Source: an uncultured bacterium
GTDB lineage: Bacteria > Fidelibacterota > Marinisomatia > SCGC-AAA003-L08 > GCA-002704045
DNA length: 64,000 bases
NCBI GenBank assembly: GCA_964345035.1
Contig: CAYFPO010000002.1
Coordinates: forward strand, 16,483-80,482
Direction of reading: 5' to 3'
Under the pieces are notes generated by a model. It did no database searches and was not told where the DNA came from. It saw only the letters and a list, made by a program, of their open reading frames with translations. Numbering within the stretch: the first letter of the stretch is position 1; each line of letters opens with the position of its first letter. A program made the position numbers and the translations under genes. Positions 8,661 through 18,548 of the stretch are shown piece after piece.

Positions 8661-10684
8661 AAACTTTAGCTATTGTCCAAGCCAGAACTGGGTCCTCTAG
8701 ATTGCCTGCAAAAGTTTTAAAAAGAATCAATAATACTCCAGTTATTGAATTATTGTTAAAAAGGCTTTCAAAATCAAGTGCAATTGATAAAATCATTATG
8801 GCAACAACTTCTAAAAAAGAAGATGATTCTCTTGCCAATCTTGTTAATAACTTGGGATTCGATGTTTTTAGAGGATCTGTTAATAATGTGTTAAAAAGAT
8901 TTTATGAAGCTGCTAATTCATGTAAGGCTAATTATATAGTTAGAATTACAGGAGATTGTCCATTGATCGATGTAGAAATTGTAGATCAGATCATAAATAA
9001 AATAAAATCGTCAGATTACGATTATGTTAGCAACACAATAAAACCCACTTTTGCTGATGGGTTAGATACAGAAGTATTTTCATTCGAGGCTTTACAGATT
9101 GCATTTAGTAATGCTAAGTCAAGTTATGATAAAGAACATGTTACTCCATTTATCAAATATAATTCTCAATTCAAGACTTATAACGTTGAATCATCTTTCA
9201 ATTATTCAGTTGAAAGATGGACTATAGATGAATCTAAAGATTTTGAATTGATTTCATCAATATTTTCACATTTCAATCCAAACATTTATTTTAAATCAAA
9301 AGATATTTTGGATCTAAAAACTGAAAAACCAGAACTGTTCGAATTAAATAAAGATATAATAAGAGATGAAGGTTCGAAATTAAATTCAGGACAGAAATTT
9401 TGGAAAAGAGCAAAATCAATTATACCAGGAGGTAATATGCTCTTATCTAAAAGACCTGAATTATTCTTACCTAATGAATGGCCTACATATTTCAAAAGAG
9501 CAAAAGGTTGTAAAGTATGGGATCTAGATGATAAGGAATATTTAGATCTTTCGACCATGGGAATTGGAACTAATACTTTAGGATATGGGTACCCAGAGAT
9601 AGATGAAGAAGTTAAAAATGCAATTTCATCAGGAAATATGTCAACATTAAATTGCAAAGAGGAGATCCTACTTGCTGAAAAATTAATAGAATTACATCCA
9701 TGGGCTGACATGGTCAGATTTGCTAGAACGGGAGGAGAAGCAAATGCGATATCTGTTAGAATTGCAAGAGCTGCTAGTGGAAAGGATAATATAGCAATTT
9801 GTGGTTATCATGGATGGCATGATTGGTATTTAGCATCAAATCTTTCAGATGATTCAAATTTAAATGGATATCTTTTACCTGGTTTAAAACCAAAAGGAGT
9901 ACCTCAAGTATTAGATAAAACTATATTTCCATTTCGATACAATGACCTGAATGAGTTAAAAAAAATAGTAAAAGAACATGAAATTGGCGTAATTAAAATG
10001 GAAGTGGTTCGTAACATTGCTCCTGAAAACAATTTTCTATTAGAAGTTAGAAAATTTGCAGATAAAAATAATATTATATTGATCTTTGATGAATGTTCAT
10101 CTGGGTTCAGAGAAACGAATGGTGGTATTCATAAAAAGTATAACATTTTTCCTGATATGGCTATATTTGGAAAGGCATTGGGAAATGGATATGCAATTAC
10201 AGCTGTTATTGGAAAAAGAGTGATAATGGAAGAAGCTCAATCTACTTTTATTAGTAGTACATTTTGGACTGAAAGAATTGGACCTGTAGCTGGACTTAAA
10301 ACCTTAGAAGTCATGAATAATCTAAGCTCATGGGACATAATAACTCAACAAGGATTGAAAGTGCAGAAAAAAATAGTCCAAATTGCAGATTCATATAAAA
10401 TCCCGATTGAAGTATTTGGTATACCAGCATTGACAGGATTTAATATACTTTTAGATAATTGGTTAAAATACAAAACACTCATATGTCAAGAGATGTTGAA
10501 ATCAGGGATATTAGCATCTAACTTGATCTATTTATGCATTGACCATAATGATGAGATCTTAGATATTTATTTTAACAAATTAGATGAAATTTTTAAACTA
10601 ATAAAAGATTGTCAAGAAAAAGGAAACATTGATGAATATCTACACTCTCCAGTTTGTCAAACAGGATTTCAAAGGTTGAATTAA
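8651..10684 (+). CDS. Fusion protein: SpsF/NeuA-like cytidylyltransferase domain + class-III (glutamate-1-semialdehyde aminomutase-like) aminotransferase domain
   Basis: The N-terminus LAIVQARTGSSRLPAKVL...RITGDCPLID matches the cytidylyltransferase family. From about residue 250 the sequence is HemL-like (IIPGGNMLLSKRP, ARTGGEANA, DECSSGFR, and the PLP-Lys motif IFGKALGNG). Confidence 0.8.
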   Translation: MELKTLAIVQARTGSSRLPAKVLKRINNTPVIELLLKRLSKSSAIDKIIMATTSKKEDDSLANLVNNLGFDVFRGSVNNVLKRFYEAANSCKANYIVRITGDCPLIDVEIVDQIINKIKSSDYDYVSNTIKPTFADGLDTEVFSFEALQIAFSNAKSSYDKEHVTPFIKYNSQFKTYNVESSFNYSVERWTIDESKDFELISSIFSHFNPNIYFKSKDILDLKTEKPELFELNKDIIRDEGSKLNSGQKFWKRAKSIIPGGNMLLSKRPELFLPNEWPTYFKRAKGCKVWDLDDKEYLDLSTMGIGTNTLGYGYPEIDEEVKNAISSGNMSTLNCKEEILLAEKLIELHPWADMVRFARTGGEANAISVRIARAASGKDNIAICGYHGWHDWYLASNLSDDSNLNGYLLPGLKPKGVPQVLDKTIFPFRYNDLNELKKIVKEHEIGVIKMEVVRNIAPENNFLLEVRKFADKNNIILIFDECSSGFRETNGGIHKKYNIFPDMAIFGKALGNGYAITAVIGKRVIMEEAQSTFISSTFWTERIGPVAGLKTLEVMNNLSSWDIITQQGLKVQKKIVQIADSYKIPIEVFGIPALTGFNILLDNWLKYKTLICQEMLKSGILASNLIYLCIDHNDEILDIYFNKLDEIFKLIKDCQEKGNIDEYLHSPVCQTGFQRLN

Positions 10685-11559
10685 TGAAAGTTCTTATAAC
10701 AGGAAGTTCTGGAATGTTAGGTTCAATGTTGGTTGAAAAATTCAAAGATGTTTATGAAGTTTATTCAACGAATAGATCAGGAATTAATTTTAGTTCTATC
10801 AAAAAATTTTTACAGTTTGATTTGATGAATAGATCCTATACACCATTGATAGATTGGGCTGATCCAGATGTGATCATTCATTGTGCTGCTAATACCAATT
10901 TGGAATTTTGTGAGAACAATATCGAAGATGCAATGACGATAAATGGACATGCGTTAGGTCTTCTAGAAAAATCTAATGCAAAGATTATATATATTTCTTC
11001 AGACGCAGTGTTTGGAGATAATTTAGTATCTAATGAAAATGATTCCCCTCGGCCTTTAAATGTTTATGGGAGGTCTAAATTGTTAGGAGAACAACAACTC
11101 CAAAGTAATATTCATAAACATTCGATTATTAGGACAACTATAGTAGGAAAAAATAAAGATCGATCAAAATCGAGTTTTTTAGATTGGATCTACAGGTCTT
11201 TAATATTACAAAAAAGGATCACTCTTTATGATAATGTGATTTTTACACCGATCTCTATTTGGCAATTAGGAGAAGAAATTCAATATATAATAGATAATTC
11301 AATATCTGGATTGTATCATATTGGCTGTTGTGACCCAATTTCTAAATATGACTTTGGACGAAAATTTTCTGAAAAATTACAATTAAACACCCACCTGATA
11401 CAGAAAGGAAAGATTGATGATCGATCAGTACTTAAAAGGTCAATCAATCAATCTTTAGACTCTAGAAAATATGAAAGCGTTACTGGCAGTAAAATGCCAG
11501 GCATTGATCTAGTTATAGACTCGACAGTTAATCATTATCAGGAATATAGAAATGCATAG
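10684..11559 (+). CDS. RmlD-like NAD(P)-dependent sugar reductase/epimerase (SDR)
   Basis: The ATG at 10684 gives MKVLITGSSGMLG, with a YGRSK catalytic motif downstream. The ORF-track start at 10654 lies inside the previous gene, whereas the TAATG junction favours 10684. Confidence 0.75.
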   Translation: MKVLITGSSGMLGSMLVEKFKDVYEVYSTNRSGINFSSIKKFLQFDLMNRSYTPLIDWADPDVIIHCAANTNLEFCENNIEDAMTINGHALGLLEKSNAKIIYISSDAVFGDNLVSNENDSPRPLNVYGRSKLLGEQQLQSNIHKHSIIRTTIVGKNKDRSKSSFLDWIYRSLILQKRITLYDNVIFTPISIWQLGEEIQYIIDNSISGLYHIGCCDPISKYDFGRKFSEKLQLNTHLIQKGKIDDRSVLKRSINQSLDSRKYESVTGSKMPGIDLVIDSTVNHYQEYRNA

Positions 11560-12625
11560 GTTCAAAATTGGAGAGAATTACATAGGACATGAAGCCCCTT
11601 TATATTTCATTGCTGATGTTGCTGCAAATCATGATGGAGATCTAGATCGTGCATTCAAACTGATAGAATTAGCAAAGGAGTCTGGAGCAGATGCTGTCAA
11701 GTTTCAAAATTTCATTGCTTCAAAAATTGTAAGTAAAAATGGGTTTGAAGATCTAGAAGGACAATTGTCACACCAATCTAAGTGGGAAAAATCTGTTTAT
11801 GAAACATATGAAGATGCTAGCATATCTTTAGATTGGACTCAAAAACTCAAAGAAAAATGTGATGAGATGGACATTGAATATTTTACAAGTCCATATGATT
11901 TTAAATCAGTAGACTATGTGGATCCATATGTCCATGCTTATAAAATTGGCTCAGGTGATTTAACCTGGCATGATATAATTAAACATATTGCATTAAAAGA
12001 AAAACCAGTCTTGATTGCAACTGGAGCTTCAACGCTTGAAGAAGTTAAGTCTGCAATGTATATTATCCTAAAACATAATCAACAAGTTGTTTTAATGCAG
12101 TGTAACACTAATTATACAGCAAAATCTGAAAATTTTAAATATATCAATTTGAATGTACTATCTACTTACAAAAACATGTATCCAGATATCATCCTTGGAT
12201 TATCAGATCATACGCATGGACATTCTACTATATTAGGCGCGATAGCACTTGGGGCGAGAGTGTTCGAAAAACATTTTACTGATGATAATTCACGTATTGG
12301 TCCAGATCACACTTTTGCAATGAATCCAATTACATGGAGATCAATGGTAGAAGCAGCTAATGAGCTAGATCTTGCATTGGGTGATGGAGATAAAAAAATT
12401 GAAGAAAATGAAAAAGAGACTGCTATTGTTCAAAGGAGGGGATTAAGATTTACCAAAGATCTTTCAAAAGGGCAAATATTACAAAAGGACGATCTATTCC
12501 CATTGAGACCCAGAATGGTAGATGGGATCCCCCCTTATGAAGTCAATAAGCTGATAGGGAAAAAATTAAATGCAGACGTAAAATCAGATGACTATATCAA
12601 ATGGGAGATGATAGAAGATGCTTAA
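11552..12625 (+). CDS. neuB: Nonulosonic acid synthase (NeuB/PseI/SpsE family) with C-terminal SAF domain
   Basis: 357 aa. NeuB-type TIM-barrel pattern: YFIADVAANHDGDL, AVKFQ, YKIGSGDLT and LSDHT. The C-terminal antifreeze-like/SAF segment is present. Confidence 0.88.
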   Translation: MHRFKIGENYIGHEAPLYFIADVAANHDGDLDRAFKLIELAKESGADAVKFQNFIASKIVSKNGFEDLEGQLSHQSKWEKSVYETYEDASISLDWTQKLKEKCDEMDIEYFTSPYDFKSVDYVDPYVHAYKIGSGDLTWHDIIKHIALKEKPVLIATGASTLEEVKSAMYIILKHNQQVVLMQCNTNYTAKSENFKYINLNVLSTYKNMYPDIILGLSDHTHGHSTILGAIALGARVFEKHFTDDNSRIGPDHTFAMNPITWRSMVEAANELDLALGDGDKKIEENEKETAIVQRRGLRFTKDLSKGQILQKDDLFPLRPRMVDGIPPYEVNKLIGKKLNADVKSDDYIKWEMIEDA

Positions 12626-13145
12626 AGGTGATTTGATCTCACTACATGCTGTTGAAAAGGAAGATCTGAAACAATTGATGGATTGGAGAAATAATACCCA
12701 ATTCAGAAAATATTTTAGAGAATTCAATGAGTTGAACATGGCACAGCAAGAAGAATGGTTCAATGAAAAAGTAATAAAAGACCCAACCACACTCATGTTT
12801 TCAATTAGGAAAAATGATACTAATGAGCTCATTGGCTGTTGCGGATTTGTTTATATCAATTGGGTCCATAAGCATGCAGACCTGTCTCTTTATATTGGTT
12901 GGGAAAATGCATATATAGATGATGAAGGATTTGCAAAAGAGAGCTGTAAGATCTTACTCAACTATGGATTCGATGAGTTAAGTTTACATAAAGTTTGGAC
13001 TGAGATCTATGAATTTGATGATAAGAAATATTCGTTGTATAAAAGTCTTCACTTTAAACAGGATGGTATTTTAAGACAAAACTATTGGTATGGTGGCCAA
13101 TGGTGGAATTCAAGAATATTATCTATATTGAACAGTGAGTTTTGA
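12618..13145 (+). CDS. GNAT-family N-acetyltransferase (PseH/RimL-like)
   Basis: 175 aa with a GNAT pattern (LIGCCGF...WENAYIDDEGFAKES...). It lies immediately downstream of the NeuB homologue with overlapping stop and start. Confidence 0.75.
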   Translation: MLKGDLISLHAVEKEDLKQLMDWRNNTQFRKYFREFNELNMAQQEEWFNEKVIKDPTTLMFSIRKNDTNELIGCCGFVYINWVHKHADLSLYIGWENAYIDDEGFAKESCKILLNYGFDELSLHKVWTEIYEFDDKKYSLYKSLHFKQDGILRQNYWYGGQWWNSRILSILNSEF

Positions 13146-14006
13146 ATGAACTTAGAATTAGAATCTAGAGTAAGGGAATTAACTGTGATTGTCTGTTGTT
13201 ATAATGAAGTTAAAAACATAAAAAAATGTTTAGAGAGCATAATAAAACAAAATCCAGCGAAAACTCTTGTTGTTGACGCAAATTCAAATGATGGAACAAG
13301 AGATATAATTAAGAAATTAGGGATAAAAATATTAGATGACCCTAAAAAAGGATTAGCAATAGCAAGAAACATTGGTTTGAGTGAAGCTAATACTAAATAT
13401 GTAATATATGTTGGACCAGATAATATAATGCCACCAAATTCATTTTCTTTAATGATTGAAGAATTAAAGGTGAATAATTGGATTGGGAATTCCTGTCAGA
13501 CAATCACAAAAAACAATACTAAATCTCATTTGATTAATGCATTAAATATTTATAGAAAATCACGATACTTTCCTGGAGAACGTGATATAATTGGTACTCC
13601 TTGGTTGTATTATACATCTGTATTAAAAAAGTATAAGTTTGATGATAATATGCCATATTCAGATGACACTGAATTATGTTATAGATTAAAAGAAGATAAT
13701 TATAAAATTGGTATCGGAAATACAATCTGCTATGAAATTGGACGAAATACAATTAGTAGTATCAAGGAAAAATGGATGATGTATGGTAAGAGTGATTGTG
13801 ATTTTTATATGAAAATAAAGGGTACATTAAACATATCAAGTAAAATTAAATCAAGGTTTAATTCAATTAGAGTTGATTTTTTAATTCCTCTGAAAAGTAA
13901 ATATTTATCAATTTCAGAAAAAATTTATCTGTTACCTTTTTTAGTAATGATCAATTATTTTAGGATTCGAGGGTTTCAAAAACGAATGAAAGGATGTTAT
14001 AATTGA
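13146..14006 (+). CDS. Glycosyltransferase family 2
   Basis: VIVCCYNEVKNIKKCLESI...VDANSNDGT...ARNIGL and a DD motif are typical of a GT-A/GT2 enzyme. Confidence 0.8.
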   Translation: MNLELESRVRELTVIVCCYNEVKNIKKCLESIIKQNPAKTLVVDANSNDGTRDIIKKLGIKILDDPKKGLAIARNIGLSEANTKYVIYVGPDNIMPPNSFSLMIEELKVNNWIGNSCQTITKNNTKSHLINALNIYRKSRYFPGERDIIGTPWLYYTSVLKKYKFDDNMPYSDDTELCYRLKEDNYKIGIGNTICYEIGRNTISSIKEKWMMYGKSDCDFYMKIKGTLNISSKIKSRFNSIRVDFLIPLKSKYLSISEKIYLLPFLVMINYFRIRGFQKRMKGCYN

Positions 14007-15055
14007 AAAAAGCATTAATTACAGGAATTACGGGTCAAGATGGTTCTTATTTAGCAGAGCAATTAATTGAAAAAAACTATATTGTGCATGGGGTTGTAAG
14101 AAGGAGTTCATCTTTTAATAGAGGTAGAATTGAACATATTTATTTAAATAAGTCTAATAATAACAGCATCAACCAAAGATCTTTTTTTCTTCACTATGGT
14201 GATATCACAGATTTTTCCAGTTTAGTTAGTATTCTTAATCAGGTTCGCCCTAATGAAATTTATAATTTAGCTGCACAGTCTCATGTTGCTGTTTCGTTTG
14301 AAACTCCAGAATATACTTCGCAATGTGATGCGGTTGGTGTATTAAAATTATTAGAAGCAGTTAAGCAATTAGGAATAGATACTAAAATCTATCAAGCTTC
14401 CACGAGTGAAATTTTTGGCAATGTACAAGAAGTACCTCAATCGGAGACGACATCCTTTTACCCAAGATCTCCTTACGGTGTTGCAAAATTATATGGATTC
14501 TGGATTTCAGTAAATTATAGGGAAGCTTTTGACCAATATATTAGTAATGGCATTTTGTTTAATCACGAATCACCAAGAAGAGGTGAATCGTTTGTAACAA
14601 AAAAAATAACATCAACTGCAACACGAATAAAGTTTGGTAGTGATGAAAGGTTAATATTGGGAAATTTAAATGCAAAAAGAGATTGGGGATATGCACCTGA
14701 ATATTGTGAAGGAATGTGGAAGATAATGCAATTGGATTATCCAGAGGACTTTGTACTTGCAACTGGAGAAACCCATACTGTCAGAGAGTTTTGTGAAACC
14801 GCATTTAATGTATTAGATATTGATGTAGTTTGGGAGGGTGAAGGAGTTAATGAAATTGGAATTGATAAAAAAACAAATAATATTATAGTTTCAGTTAATA
14901 AAAAGTATTATCGACCAACGGAAGTAGATTTACTAGTTGGCAATTCAGAAAAAGCAAAAAAACTAATTGGGTGGAACCCTCAAGTTAAATTTCATGAATT
15001 AATAGAAATAATGGTTAAACATGATATGAGTTTACTAAAAGGAAAGATTGAATGA
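14003..15055 (+). CDS. gmd: GDP-mannose 4,6-dehydratase
   Basis: MKKALITGITGQDGSYLAEQLIEKNYIVHGVVRRSSSFN..., STSEIFG, YGVAKLY and LFNHESPRRG are classic Gmd signatures. Confidence 0.95.
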   Translation: MKKALITGITGQDGSYLAEQLIEKNYIVHGVVRRSSSFNRGRIEHIYLNKSNNNSINQRSFFLHYGDITDFSSLVSILNQVRPNEIYNLAAQSHVAVSFETPEYTSQCDAVGVLKLLEAVKQLGIDTKIYQASTSEIFGNVQEVPQSETTSFYPRSPYGVAKLYGFWISVNYREAFDQYISNGILFNHESPRRGESFVTKKITSTATRIKFGSDERLILGNLNAKRDWGYAPEYCEGMWKIMQLDYPEDFVLATGETHTVREFCETAFNVLDIDVVWEGEGVNEIGIDKKTNNIIVSVNKKYYRPTEVDLLVGNSEKAKKLIGWNPQVKFHELIEIMVKHDMSLLKGKIE

Positions 15056-16248
15056 GAAAAATATTTTTACAAGAACCATCCTTTAATCAAAATGAAATTA
15101 ATTCAGCAATTGAAGTATTAAATTCAACTTATTTAACAATGGGGAAAAAATGTAAAGAATTTGAAAGAACCTGGACCCTTTACCAAGAGTCTAAATATTC
15201 TACATTTGTTAATTCTGGTAGTTCTGCTAATTTGTTGATAGCTAGCCTATTAAAAAGTAAAAGGGGACAATATAATTTAAAGAGTGGGGATGAAATCCTG
15301 ATTCCTGCCTTGACATGGTCAACAACTCTCTTTCCGTTTATACAATTAGGATTTAGTCCTGTTTTAGTAGATGTTAATCCTAAAACATTTAATATCTCAA
15401 TTGAGTCTTGCAACAGAGCTCTATCTAAAAATACTAAGGCAATATTTATTGTCCATTTGTTAGGCAACCCCTGTAATATGGAAAAAATTCAAAATTTCTG
15501 TATGTCAAATAATTTGATTCTAATTGAAGATTGCTGTGAGGCTGTAGGTGCAGAATGGGAAGGTGAGAAAGTTGGAAATTTTGGTATAGCAAGTTCATTT
15601 AGTTTCATGTTTGCTCATCATATGACTACTATTGAAGGCGGCATGATTTCATGTAAATTTGAAATTGATAGTGAAATATTAAAGGCACAACGTGCACATG
15701 GTTGGATTAGAGAATTATCAAGTGAATTAAAAGAAGAAATTGTTAATGAATCAAATTTTGATGATGATCGGTTTGTTTTTTGGGATTTGGGATATAATCT
15801 GCGTCCTAATGAAATCAATGCAGTTTTTGGATTACATCAATTAACGAAATTAGAAAGTTTTATAAAAATCAGAAAAAAGAATTTTAAAATATATAAAAAG
15901 TGTTTAAAAGATTTAAGTGATAAAATACAAATCCAAGAGTTAGAATGTGAAAATCGAAGTCAAATCTCAAATTTTGCTTTTGGAATAGTAATTAAAGATA
16001 ATTCATATAAAAGGAGTGACTTATATAGGTATTTAATTAATAAAAACATTGAATCAAGACCATTAGTTGGCGGGAATTTGAGTCAACACCCATTTTATGA
16101 TTTATATTTAGGGAAAGTAAAAAGAAATAAATTGGATAATAGTCAATTTATTCATGAAAATGGTTTATATCTACCAAATCATCAGGGCATTAATGAAAAC
16201 GATATATATTATATTTGTGAACAATTAAACTCGTTCTTTGATGCCTAA
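15052..16248 (+). CDS. colD: GDP-4-keto-6-deoxy-D-mannose 3-dehydratase (ColD-like, DegT fold)
   Basis: DegT-fold protein of 398 aa. The position of the PLP lysine is occupied by His (SFSFMFAHHMTTIEGGMI), as in ColD/E1 3-dehydratases. The gene is sandwiched between gmd and a GDP-fucose-synthase-like gene. Confidence 0.75.
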   Translation: MRKIFLQEPSFNQNEINSAIEVLNSTYLTMGKKCKEFERTWTLYQESKYSTFVNSGSSANLLIASLLKSKRGQYNLKSGDEILIPALTWSTTLFPFIQLGFSPVLVDVNPKTFNISIESCNRALSKNTKAIFIVHLLGNPCNMEKIQNFCMSNNLILIEDCCEAVGAEWEGEKVGNFGIASSFSFMFAHHMTTIEGGMISCKFEIDSEILKAQRAHGWIRELSSELKEEIVNESNFDDDRFVFWDLGYNLRPNEINAVFGLHQLTKLESFIKIRKKNFKIYKKCLKDLSDKIQIQELECENRSQISNFAFGIVIKDNSYKRSDLYRYLINKNIESRPLVGGNLSQHPFYDLYLGKVKRNKLDNSQFIHENGLYLPNHQGINENDIYYICEQLNSFFDA

Positions 16249-17170
16249 TACATTAGTTACAGGTGGTAATGGGTTTTTGGGTAGAAATCTTAGAATAGTA
16301 CAACCAAATTTTAATTATACAACACATAATGAATTTGATTTAACCAAAGAAAATGATGTAATGTCAATGTATAAAAAATATAAACCTAATGTTTTAATTC
16401 ATTTTGCTGGTAAAGTTGGTAGTATAAAAAATAATTCAATTTATCCTGCAAAATTCTATTATGAAAATATGATAATGAATTCGTTCATTATTCACTATGC
16501 ATATTTATTCGGTGTAAAAAAAGTAGTGGCCTTAATGAGTACAAATGCATTCCCAGAAAAGGTTAAAAAATTCCCTATAATTGAAAAGGATTTACATTTT
16601 GGTCCACCGCATATTAATAGTTATTCCTATGGTTATACAAAAAGAATGATTGATGTGCAAATTAAGGCATATAGAAAAGAATATGATGTAAACTATTTTA
16701 CTATATCACCATGTAACTTATATGGGTATTATGATAAATTTGATTCAAACAGAGGACATTTGATACCATCTTTAATAAAAAAAATTCATGATGCAAATTC
16801 AAATAAAATGAATTTTGTAGAATTACTTGGAACTGGAAAACCAAGAAGACAATTTCTATTTGTGGATGATTTCATAACAATTTTATTGGAACTACTAAAT
16901 GTTTACGATGATTCTGAAACAATTATTATTGCCCCAAATAGTAATAATTCAATAAAGGGAATTGCCCAATTAATAAAGAAAATAACTAATTTTAATGGAG
17001 AACTTAAATTCAATGGTAAATTTGATGGCCCAATAAATAAAAGTGCATCAAATGATAAATTAATTCAAATAATTGGAAATTTCAAGTTTACACCTTTACA
17101 GGTCGGGTTAGAAAATACATATAATTGGTTTCTAGATTCAAAAAATAAAAAATACCAATTCGATTATTAA
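16241..17170 (+). CDS. colC: GDP-L-colitose synthase / GDP-L-fucose synthase-like SDR
   Basis: LVTGGNGFLGRNL Rossmann motif and a YGYTKR catalytic motif. The roughly 310-aa length matches Fcl/ColC. The ATG at 16241 is preferred over the TTG at 16238. Confidence 0.7.
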   Translation: MPNTLVTGGNGFLGRNLRIVQPNFNYTTHNEFDLTKENDVMSMYKKYKPNVLIHFAGKVGSIKNNSIYPAKFYYENMIMNSFIIHYAYLFGVKKVVALMSTNAFPEKVKKFPIIEKDLHFGPPHINSYSYGYTKRMIDVQIKAYRKEYDVNYFTISPCNLYGYYDKFDSNRGHLIPSLIKKIHDANSNKMNFVELLGTGKPRRQFLFVDDFITILLELLNVYDDSETIIIAPNSNNSIKGIAQLIKKITNFNGELKFNGKFDGPINKSASNDKLIQIIGNFKFTPLQVGLENTYNWFLDSKNKKYQFDY

Positions 17171-17189
17171 ATTTTGAAAATATTTTTTT

Positions 17190-18548
17190 ATGTTTAAAAA
17201 AATAATTACATTACCACTTGGTAATTCATGGTTGTTATATTTTGAATTTTTAAAGAAGCTCCATGAAAATGATTATTTTGAAAATGCACAAATCCTTACT
17301 TCTGAAGATCATATCTTTAATTCAATAGAACAAAAAAACTATTCATCTATCAATCCAGTATTGATAAAATTCCCATTAAACAAAAAATTTGAATATAAAG
17401 ATAAAGTCAAATTTGAAGAGAAGTATGGGATCCCCAATTTAGGTCTAATAGAAATCTGTAACTATAGGGACGAATCGAAAAATATACCTATAGAATCATA
17501 CTTTGATTATTGGGAAGATAAGTTATCATCGCTTCATCCCGATCTTGTAATTTTAAGTTGGCCTGCATCAGTCTACTCTATCTCTTTTTATCTTGTTGCA
17601 AAACAGTTGAATATCCCGATCACTATTCCTTCCAATGCAAGAATGTTCGATAGGTCAATAATTAGAAATGGGAATCACATAAATGATCTATTCGATATAT
17701 GGTCTGGACTCGAAGAAAAATATAATCATTATAAGAAAAATGGTTTATCATTTAAAAATATAGAAAAACAAGATGAGTTGATCTCACTTATAAAAAATCA
17801 AAATCCAAAACCTTTTTGGTTTAACAATTCCAATCATAGGTCACGATTTAAAAGAATAAAAAATTATATAAAGAATTTTAAAATTGAGATGTTATTTTTC
17901 TCAGTGACATTAAGAGTAAATCGGATTATTCAGTATAAAAATAAAACAGAATTACCAGATCAAAATTATTTTTTCTTCCCACTGCATTATGAGCCAGAGA
18001 TGGCCATTGATCTTTTAGCTCCTTTTTTTAGAAGACAGGAAACATTGATCGAATATATTCATCAATCGTTACCCGCAAATATTTTACTAGTTGTAAAAGA
18101 ACATCCCAGTATGATTGGTCGGCGAAGGAATTCTTTTTATAAGCATTTAAAAAACTTAGATAATTTGATATTAAGTGACCCTAGAATGAACAGTTATAAG
18201 ATCTTGAAGAATGAAAATTGTAAGGGAGTTATTACAATAAACTCGACAGCTGGATATGAAGCAATGATGTTAGGTCTTCCAGTTTTAGTTTTTGGAAATA
18301 CATATTATATGGTTGCTAGAGATTTAGTGAAAAATGTTACTGATTTAACTCAGTTACCTGAATTGTTAATAGATTTATTGAAATTTAAACCTGATATAGA
18401 TTCATTAAGATGTTTTCTCCAAGCATTAGAAGATTTGACGTTTAAGGGGATAGTTGGTGCAAATTTTGAAGAAAATCCACATATTCTGAGTGAAGAAAAT
18501 ATTGATGCAATAAGTAATGAATTTGTTAAAAGATTTCCACCGTGTTAA
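17190..18548 (+). CDS. Capsule-polysaccharide-biosynthesis family protein (KpsS/KpsC-like putative ulosonic-acid transferase)
   Basis: FFPLHYEPEMAID, VVKEHPSM and ITINSTAGYEAMMLGLPVLVFG resemble the KpsS/KpsC (Capsule_synth) family. Confidence 0.55.
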   Translation: MFKKIITLPLGNSWLLYFEFLKKLHENDYFENAQILTSEDHIFNSIEQKNYSSINPVLIKFPLNKKFEYKDKVKFEEKYGIPNLGLIEICNYRDESKNIPIESYFDYWEDKLSSLHPDLVILSWPASVYSISFYLVAKQLNIPITIPSNARMFDRSIIRNGNHINDLFDIWSGLEEKYNHYKKNGLSFKNIEKQDELISLIKNQNPKPFWFNNSNHRSRFKRIKNYIKNFKIEMLFFSVTLRVNRIIQYKNKTELPDQNYFFFPLHYEPEMAIDLLAPFFRRQETLIEYIHQSLPANILLVVKEHPSMIGRRRNSFYKHLKNLDNLILSDPRMNSYKILKNENCKGVITINSTAGYEAMMLGLPVLVFGNTYYMVARDLVKNVTDLTQLPELLIDLLKFKPDIDSLRCFLQALEDLTFKGIVGANFEENPHILSEENIDAISNEFVKRFPPC

